IMG/VR virus record: IMGVR_UViG_3300017747_001692
Coordinates: 1-59,952 of that record
Reading direction: 5' to 3' (one strand)
Source: a virus
Lineage: Duplodnaviria; Caudoviricetes
Length of the DNA stretch: 59,952 bases
Position 1 is the stretch's first letter, and the number at the start of each line of letters is the position of its first letter. This document shows positions 53,507-59,952 of this stretch, in pieces. A model generated the notes under the pieces. The model was not told the DNA's origin. It did no database searches and saw only the letters and a program-made list of their open reading frames with translations. A program made the position numbers and the translations under genes.

Positions 53507-54061
53507 TCAATCTTTCTTCGGACCCGGCAACTTCTTGAGTGTGTCGATCAATTCCTTGCGCGTGTCCGTGACCCACTTGTCGAGGGAGCGGTGGCCCGCG
53601 TCAAGGTCTCCGCCCCCGGCCCAGATGACTTCGTCGGGAGAAAGAACATATTCTCCACCGGCGGCGACAATAGGAACAGGTTCTCCGACGCCACCACCTG
53701 CGGCATAGGCCCCCTGCGGCGCATCACGAAACATCATTTTGACGGCACGGTAGCCCGCCATCGTGTTCCCCTCGCCCAGCGACGACACGATGTCGGCGGG
53801 GATGACGTAGGAGCCCGAGGGAACGTGCATGGGCAAGTGGTCGGTGCGTCCGGCAACGGGGCTGTGAATTGGCCCGAGGTGAACGGTTGACGCCTCTGGC
53901 TTGGGAGGCTTGGGCATTTTCAACGGGCCACCAGTCGCGCGGGCGTGACGGGCGGGGTTGAGGGCGATGGCGACGGCCTGCTTCTGCGGGCGACCGGAGC
54001 TGACCAGCTCGCTGATGTTGGAGCTGACAGTTTTCTGCGAGGAGCCTTTTTTCAATGGCAT
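53507..54061 (-). CDS. Hypothetical protein with a GRTD/GEYV domain like those in tape-measure C-termini
   Basis: MPLKKGSSQKT.S.NI...; ATGG..GPI...GRTDHLP...SGSYVIPA...GGEYVL. Confidence 0.7.
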   Translation of the reverse strand: MPLKKGSSQKTVSSNISELVSSGRPQKQAVAIALNPARHARATGGPLKMPKPPKPEASTVHLGPIHSPVAGRTDHLPMHVPSGSYVIPADIVSSLGEGNTMAGYRAVKMMFRDAPQGAYAAGGGVGEPVPIVAAGGEYVLSPDEVIWAGGGDLDAGHRSLDKWVTDTRKELIDTLKKLPGPKKD

Positions 54062-54063
54062 GA

Positions 54064-55356
54064 TCACACCGACAGGTTGTAGAAGGCGATTGAGCCGATA
54101 CCAGCACCATTGGAACCCGAAATATTCAAACCGCGAGCCCCGAGAGTTATAACATCGCTGCTGGCAAAACCGTTGCCAGTTAAGGACGCTACGTAGCCAA
54201 GCTGCAAGTCAAAGTTGTAACCAAAGGGAGCGATGATTGGCACAGACCCCTGATTGGTAGACACTATGTAGTCTGTTTGAACAATACCATCAGCGGTTGC
54301 TGTCATGGCTGTTGCAGCAGTGTCCACATCGACAATACCATCGCTGATCGTTCCGGCGGCCCATGTTGCTCCCGTCAGTGTCGGGTTTCGCACCAAAACA
54401 ATCTCGTAAGTTCCAGAATATGTTGCAGCAAAGTTCACGATAGACGGAACTATCACGGCCCCATAATAGCTGGAATTGACCCTAATTGACACCACAGGGG
54501 TGAACGCGAGCCCCGTATTATTAGCTATCGCTACGCCGTTTCCGGTCGCTCTCGCGATGTAGGGCGCGGACACTTGCTCGTAGCCACCCTCAGAGATGAC
54601 GGTGGCGCAAATCATTTGAAGAGCGGCAGTAGCCGCAGTGGTGCCGGTAGTGGCTATTTCATACCGCAAAGGCAACGTAGCAGTCTGCATATAGACTTTA
54701 GTCGATGTTGATTCGTTTGCATTTTGGAACGTGTGGCAAACAACATACTGGCCGTTGATGATGAACCCGCAACGAACGTTGCCAACACCCAGCCACTCAA
54801 TATCGAACCAAAGGATCTGCGTTTTGGTCAGATCAAGCGTGATGCCAGACGCGCCAGTGCCGTTGAGCTTGTCGCCGTTCCAATTGGCCTGCGCCACATA
54901 CCGGGCATCGCTCACGGTCCCGCTGGTATAGGTGCGGATCACAAACGTGACGCCATTTGGCCCTTGCTCAAGATACACGCCATTTTGGGCGCTAAAATAC
55001 CCAACTCGCTGGCGCAAATTTGTAGCGGCAGACGCCATAGTGAACGTCTGTAGTGTAAGCAAGCTTTTACCGGGCTGATACGGAAACACCCGAAATGTCT
55101 GGGCAACAGCCGTTGAGCCAGAGGTTGTTGTGACATTGAGGTTCACGGATGATTGATTGGTATTGTAGCTGGTCGTGCCGCCAGTAGCGGTCACGTAGCT
55201 GAAGTGCTTGTCGGCGGCAAAACGGCTCTGGCTGTCAAAGAGCGTGAACGGATTAGACACCCGCAGACGCCCGAAAGCATCGACGTTCGTACCGTCAAAG
55301 GTCACATATTGAGGGTTTGTTTGAGAGCCATAGGGCGGGTAGACCGTAATAGCCAT
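54064..55356 (-). CDS. Beta-rich virion protein
   Basis: DAFGRLRVS.P.TLFD...YQPGKS...WLGVG pattern. Confidence 0.7.
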   Translation of the reverse strand: MAITVYPPYGSQTNPQYVTFDGTNVDAFGRLRVSNPFTLFDSQSRFAADKHFSYVTATGGTTSYNTNQSSVNLNVTTTSGSTAVAQTFRVFPYQPGKSLLTLQTFTMASAATNLRQRVGYFSAQNGVYLEQGPNGVTFVIRTYTSGTVSDARYVAQANWNGDKLNGTGASGITLDLTKTQILWFDIEWLGVGNVRCGFIINGQYVVCHTFQNANESTSTKVYMQTATLPLRYEIATTGTTAATAALQMICATVISEGGYEQVSAPYIARATGNGVAIANNTGLAFTPVVSIRVNSSYYGAVIVPSIVNFAATYSGTYEIVLVRNPTLTGATWAAGTISDGIVDVDTAATAMTATADGIVQTDYIVSTNQGSVPIIAPFGYNFDLQLGYVASLTGNGFASSDVITLGARGLNISGSNGAGIGSIAFYNLSV

Positions 55357-55769
55357 TAGGTCGCTCCCCCTGAAATTTTCATGGACACTGTAGCCGCGCC
55401 AGCCAAGACCTGAACCGTGCTGCCAGCCGACAACGCAGTGCTCCCCGTCCACTGCACAGTCGTATTCCCGTTGATGGGAGCGCTATAGAATAGCGCGTTG
55501 CTGGTCCCCGCAGTGCCGCCAGACGCCACCAGATAGATGCTGAACGTAGTGGCTGCGGCGGATGCGTTGCAGATCTCAATGTCTGTCAACGTGAACTGTT
55601 GATTTGCAGGGACCGTGTAAATGGTCCCAATAGACGTGCCCGCAGCTCCGCTGGGCTGCGGATTGCCACGGTAGACAGCCCCAATAAACCCAATGTTCTG
55701 GTTCAGGCCATTGATCGCAACGACGCCGTTTTTTTGCGTTGTAAGGATGTCATCGAGCGATGCGGGCAT
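55356..55769 (-). CDS. Hypothetical tail protein
   Basis: Coupled ORF; IYTVPA...ICN. Confidence 0.65.
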   Translation of the reverse strand: MPASLDDILTTQKNGVVAINGLNQNIGFIGAVYRGNPQPSGAAGTSIGTIYTVPANQQFTLTDIEICNASAAATTFSIYLVASGGTAGTSNALFYSAPINGNTTVQWTGSTALSAGSTVQVLAGAATVSMKISGGAT

Positions 55770-58072
55770 CAGTATTTCCCATCGGCTTGGATGCGGTAGC
55801 GGATATTCCCGAGACGCCAGAAGGAGCCAATGTCATTGCTCTCAATCCGTATGGCGACCAAGCGGCCACGGAAACGGGGAGTGATGTAGGTTGTAGCCTG
55901 CGTCAACGTGTACGGACCATATGCCGTTGGTGTTTGCCCGGCATAGTCTGTCACATAAAAAGTCAGAAGGACGTTAGCGCCCTGCGTTCCACCATAATAG
56001 CCCCACTTCATGTCAGGCCAGACCTGATCAATAAACATCTTCACATCGGCTTCGTTTAGAACGAAGTATCCGGTCTGGAAGTAGCTGTCCATCGCCACGC
56101 CGTCTGCGTCAGTCGATGTCTCGTGCTGGTAGAGATACTGGTTTAAGCCTGCGCCAATTGGCGCACCCAAAACCGACTCGTTGATCCACGCAGACCGCGC
56201 CACATAGGGATTAGACGCAGAGTTGAACCCGTAATCCCACTGGTCCAAAACAAAGTTGTATTTGACGTAGCCATAGTTTTCACCGCCATTGCTGATGGTG
56301 GGGAAATGCCAAGTGATTTCGCCAAAGCGAGAGTTGGGCGCGACTCTGATGCGGTCAAGATTTGTCGTATCCAGATCCTGAAAAACAACATCCCAAACGG
56401 GGCAACGAATGGGTTCAACACCGCTGCCAGCAAGCCTGTAAAACTGGCTCTGCCCCATCCAATAGACAATGCCGTTTACCGAACCAGCAGCCTTACGACC
56501 AATCAGGCCGCAGCCAGTGCCAAGCTCGTTGAACTGATAGACATAAGGAGGACCGACATACTGCATGGCCCATATGCCAAGGTCTGTCCACAAAAGGCCC
56601 TGTTGTCCCGCCTGAATGCCTTGAACGATACGCGAACCCTTGGGGATGCGATAAGAGCCGGCCTGATTGGTAATTTGCGCGATCCACTGGTCATAGTTAT
56701 CAACGTCGCACCAGCGAACCAACATGGAATCAACAATTCCAGTAAATGTTGAGCCCCAAGCCACAATCTGACGCTGCGGCATGGCGACAAACGCGCCTTG
56801 GTTGACCGGAGGAGCGTTAACAATGACGCCAGCAACAGCATTGGATACTGACGGATTCCAAGCGTAAATGGGACCACCAAGGGGATTGGCAATAAGCACA
56901 GAACCCCAATTGTCCAAAGTCCAGTCAGTGGCATTGATGGGAACGCCACGGGCTCCCGCGCCAGAAACAACGCCGCCATAGCCGTAGTAGCCATATGCGT
57001 TGATCCCGTAGCCAAGACCCTGTGGCAGCGGGCCAACGCCGTTGTAGTAGACAAAATGAACCTGACCGCCGTTTTCGGACCCAGTCGCCGTTGAGCCAGC
57101 AGCTATCGTCCCATTAATGACAAAGGCATTTGCGCTAGTAATGCTGACAATCGTGTAATTGCCGTAAAAAGTAATGCCGCCAACAGTTGTAGCTACAAGC
57201 ACGGGAAAAGAATCACCGGCAGCATACCCGTGATTATTAAGCGTAACCGTTACCGAGGCTTTTCCGTTCGTAGTTGAAAAAGAAGGAACCGCGCCGCCAT
57301 TGGCTACAGTTGCCGTTGCCAATTGTGGGTCGCCAAGTGCGTCAGTCGCATAGATTGTGTACTGGTTGGCAGTCAACGATGGATTATAGATTTGATATTG
57401 GCCGAAGAGAATAAGGCCACCGACACTGATTTGCGTCTGTATATCAACGACCCAATAGTCATTGGCATTGCGGCCAGTATCAACAACCGTGACGGCATTG
57501 CTGCCAAGTGTTGTGCTGAAGTCAACGGTTGTGTTCACCGTCAGTTTTTCAGGCGTAATGTCTTGATTTCCCCCGGACGTGATGATGTCCAAAGTGCCGC
57601 CACCACCAGTGATTGTTCCGCCAGAAACGTATGCAGTCGTTGTGGCGCTGGCGTAAGAAACGCTTGTAGAGGTCGTGGCGGTGATCGTGTAGGTGCCATT
57701 ATACCCGCTGGGATTTACGCCACTTACTGTGATGGCGCGGCCAAGGACAAAAGAAAACGGACCCGTAAACGTCAGTGTGGCAGTAGCCCCGTTGCCGCTG
57801 GCTCCAGTGACGACTATGGGAGATGCGCCCTCTGCTCCAACTGCCAAATAGGAATTGGAGTTTGTGTCTTCCCACGCCCACAAAGCGCGGACAGTAGAGC
57901 CAATCCGGTTGGCATAAAACTTTGTCCAGCCACCAAGCTTCTGCACCAGACCACCAAGAGTCCGGTCAGGGATGAACCGCACAAGTTGGCTTTCTGAGAT
58001 TGCGGCCTCGTTGAGGGCGGGCGTCTTGTTTTGATCGACGCCTGCGAGTAATTTAAGCGATTGATGGGGCAT
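55769..58072 (-). CDS. Tail tubular protein B / DNA stabilisation protein
   Basis: KLGGW, W.LDNWG, VRWCD, RFRGR...WRLG pattern; 767 aa. Confidence 0.7.
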   Translation of the reverse strand: MPHQSLKLLAGVDQNKTPALNEAAISESQLVRFIPDRTLGGLVQKLGGWTKFYANRIGSTVRALWAWEDTNSNSYLAVGAEGASPIVVTGASGNGATATLTFTGPFSFVLGRAITVSGVNPSGYNGTYTITATTSTSVSYASATTTAYVSGGTITGGGGTLDIITSGGNQDITPEKLTVNTTVDFSTTLGSNAVTVVDTGRNANDYWVVDIQTQISVGGLILFGQYQIYNPSLTANQYTIYATDALGDPQLATATVANGGAVPSFSTTNGKASVTVTLNNHGYAAGDSFPVLVATTVGGITFYGNYTIVSITSANAFVINGTIAAGSTATGSENGGQVHFVYYNGVGPLPQGLGYGINAYGYYGYGGVVSGAGARGVPINATDWTLDNWGSVLIANPLGGPIYAWNPSVSNAVAGVIVNAPPVNQGAFVAMPQRQIVAWGSTFTGIVDSMLVRWCDVDNYDQWIAQITNQAGSYRIPKGSRIVQGIQAGQQGLLWTDLGIWAMQYVGPPYVYQFNELGTGCGLIGRKAAGSVNGIVYWMGQSQFYRLAGSGVEPIRCPVWDVVFQDLDTTNLDRIRVAPNSRFGEITWHFPTISNGGENYGYVKYNFVLDQWDYGFNSASNPYVARSAWINESVLGAPIGAGLNQYLYQHETSTDADGVAMDSYFQTGYFVLNEADVKMFIDQVWPDMKWGYYGGTQGANVLLTFYVTDYAGQTPTAYGPYTLTQATTYITPRFRGRLVAIRIESNDIGSFWRLGNIRYRIQADGKY

Positions 58073-58734
58073 TAAATGCTCCCCCATCCAAGGTGAGCAT
58101 CTTCAGGCGGCAAGCGACAACCCTTAGACAAGTTTTCTGTGCCGGGTATTACTTGCAGATTCCACGGCACATGAAGGCCAGTAAACCCATCGCCTTGAAG
58201 AGGATGGATGTGATCAACATGATGCTGAATGCCGGTCTGAACCGTGCAAGCAAGCGCAACATCATACATTTCTTGGATCTGAGCCTGCTGGATAGCAGTC
58301 AGCCAAGGAGGAGTAGCGTTGAGTTTGGCAGCGCGGCGCTTGGCGGAGCGTGCCATATATTCAGGTTTATTTTTTGCGTAATGAGTACGCAGATAAAGCC
58401 TAGCCTTATCTTTGTTAGAAGATCGCCATTTAGTGACACGATTAATTACGGAATCTTTGTTTTCTGCATAATAATCTTTTCTTTGGATAAGCGTTTTTTC
58501 TTTATCCAAATAATATCTTGCACGGTCCATTTCTAACACACGTTCACGGTTACGCTCGCGGTATAGCGCAGCTCTCTTTTTTGTTTTTTCTGGATTTTGC
58601 TTGTGCCATAAGCGCGACTTTGCGCTATCGCATTCTTTGCAATTGTAATGCAACCCATCTTTTTTGGAGCGGTTTTTGCAAAACGCTTCAAAAGGCTTTT
58701 CAACATTACAGATTTTGCAAACCTTGAGGCCCAT
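58072..58734 (-). CDS. HNH homing endonuclease
   Basis: CKIC..CKEC, ATPPWL, HVDHIHPL...GLHVPWNLQ....N; AT-rich. Confidence 0.88.
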   Translation of the reverse strand: MGLKVCKICNVEKPFEAFCKNRSKKDGLHYNCKECDSAKSRLWHKQNPEKTKKRAALYRERNRERVLEMDRARYYLDKEKTLIQRKDYYAENKDSVINRVTKWRSSNKDKARLYLRTHYAKNKPEYMARSAKRRAAKLNATPPWLTAIQQAQIQEMYDVALACTVQTGIQHHVDHIHPLQGDGFTGLHVPWNLQVIPGTENLSKGCRLPPEDAHLGWGSI

Positions 58735-58737
58735 TTT

Positions 58738-59490
58738 TTAACCTCTTGTTGGCGTTGCAAATGTTGAGGGAGACTGCGAGGACCAAGCGGCAGCTTCGCT
58801 TTTCTTTCGGGCCTCCTCAACCATCGCGCCTTTCAGGAGCGTTTGATATTGACTCTCATAGCTAATTGCCATTTGAGGATCATCTGATTGACGGCCCCAG
58901 TTACGTTGGTAAGCAGAAATGTAAACCATGCTCGCCATGATCATAATATCGGGCAAGTTGAGGCTGATAAAAGTTGTTGGGTTGGACACGGACAGACTGG
59001 CAGGACGGTAAGTGCCAACAAGCTCAACCGTGTAACTCTGGTCAGGATATGGCCCTACGAGGAAAGTGTAGTCATCAAACGGCACCCAATATTGAGGAAC
59101 CCCACGATTAGCAACCGCGCCAGAACCGTACACGGCGTCCAGAAACTCCTTCGTGGTCGGAAGAAGCGGGACACGCTCGGCAAGGTCGGGATTTGTAGAC
59201 CCCACAAGCACGTTTATCTGCTCGGGGACAACGAGCGTCCCGAGCGGGAATGTGTCAGCGGGGACGTTTAAAGTCCGGCTTCCAGCAGTCAAGCTATAGG
59301 CTGTCGTTGTGCCAGAAGTGAACAGAAAGTCCAAATCGCGGTACATCCGCAACTCGGCATAGACGATCATTTGGGGCAAGATGGTTACAAAAGCGGGGTC
59401 TGTCTCAGCCACAACAGCCATCGTCGCCATCTGGGTGATGTAGCTGGTAGTCCCAGAAACTGAGCCGTTGTAACTCATAGGGGTAGTCAT
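58738..59490 (-). CDS. Tail tubular protein A / head-tail connector-like
   Basis: AELRMYRDL, G.PQYW, VGPYPD..Y.VEL, YESQYQ. Confidence 0.6.
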   Translation of the reverse strand: MTTPMSYNGSVSGTTSYITQMATMAVVAETDPAFVTILPQMIVYAELRMYRDLDFLFTSGTTTAYSLTAGSRTLNVPADTFPLGTLVVPEQINVLVGSTNPDLAERVPLLPTTKEFLDAVYGSGAVANRGVPQYWVPFDDYTFLVGPYPDQSYTVELVGTYRPASLSVSNPTTFISLNLPDIMIMASMVYISAYQRNWGRQSDDPQMAISYESQYQTLLKGAMVEEARKKSEAAAWSSQSPSTFATPTRG

Positions 59491-59534
59491 CGAGGAAACT
59501 CCGCTTTCCCGGCACTATAACATTGCCGGGCGGT

Positions 59535-59952
59535 TTACGCCATGCCAGAGGCTTTGTCCTTGACCTCGGCAACCCTGCGGCTCCAACCCTTGCCGAACGT
59601 CTCAAACGTAGGCAGGCGCTTCAGGAAGTCGAGACGCATGTCACAGAGGGCATCGACCATCTGCTCAGGGTCGCAAGCCTTGATCGCCTCCAGCGACTTA
59701 GGCCCAATAACGCCATCCGCCGTCACCCCGGCGATCTGCTGAAGGTACTTGGAGGCGCGCCCGACGCCCGAATTTACCGCAAGATCATAGGCGGCGTAAT
59801 CGACGCCGGAGGGCAAGTCATCGCCCCTGATTTTATCCCAGTACATGGCGCGGTAAAACGGTTTGACGATGTTGGGCGTCAATTTCCGCATCTCTTCATC
59901 TGAAGAACTGCGGTTCCAGTAGGCTTCCCAAGCGCGCTGGGTGACGCCCAAA
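59535..59952 (-). CDS. Endolysin GH108 (3' part, with peptidoglycan-binding C-domain)
   Basis: YWD....DDLP.GVD...D.AVNSG...DGVIGP...FGKGW.RR. Confidence 0.9.
   Translation of the reverse strand, partial: LGVTQRAWEAYWNRSSSDEEMRKLTPNIVKPFYRAMYWDKIRGDDLPSGVDYAAYDLAVNSGVGRASKYLQQIAGVTADGVIGPKSLEAIKACDPEQMVDALCDMRLDFLKRLPTFETFGKGWSRRVAEVKDKASGMA
59830..59952. repeat. Terminal direct repeat (copy 2)
   Basis: Identical to 1-123. Confidence 0.95.

Noticed and set aside
59830-59952. Biological terminal repeat (T7-like DTR)
   Set aside because: It falls mid-gene in the endolysin and has the size of an assembler overlap; physical ends cannot be inferred from it

Overview
This window is an apparently complete, circularly permuted ~59.8-kb tailed dsDNA phage genome with a podovirus-like gene set. 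Bases 1-123 are identical to 59830-59952, and the GH108 endolysin gene runs across that join. The minus strand carries the late genes: TerS, TerL, portal, scaffold, GroES, major capsid, tail tubular proteins, large internal/ejection proteins, collagen-like and repeat fibres, a GT2 glycosyltransferase and lysis genes. The plus strand (21.8-37.7 kb) carries an early operon of small genes, a DUF2800/DUF2815/PolB/VRR-NUC/SNF2 replication module and many small ORFs; the primase-helicase is divergent. GcrA-like and related regulator fragments point to an alphaproteobacterial host (inference). I saw no integrase, tRNA or CRISPR array. The most interesting signals are: (1) a short [AKR]xGGx[VIL] motif repeated across most putative internal virion proteins, separating a SleB-like and an ART-like domain in one 1256-aa protein, alongside a stand-alone version of the domain that usually follows this motif; (2) a 1759-aa ejection protein with two internal, intact-looking S74 autocleavage domains; (3) an acr-aca-like operon with duplicated operator-containing promoters and a terminal HTH gene; (4) a cluster of truncated sigma-4, OmpR/CtrA-like, DnaA-IV and GcrA domains; (5) several candidate cis-regulatory RNA structures. 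All family assignments come from recognising motifs by eye; no searches were run.
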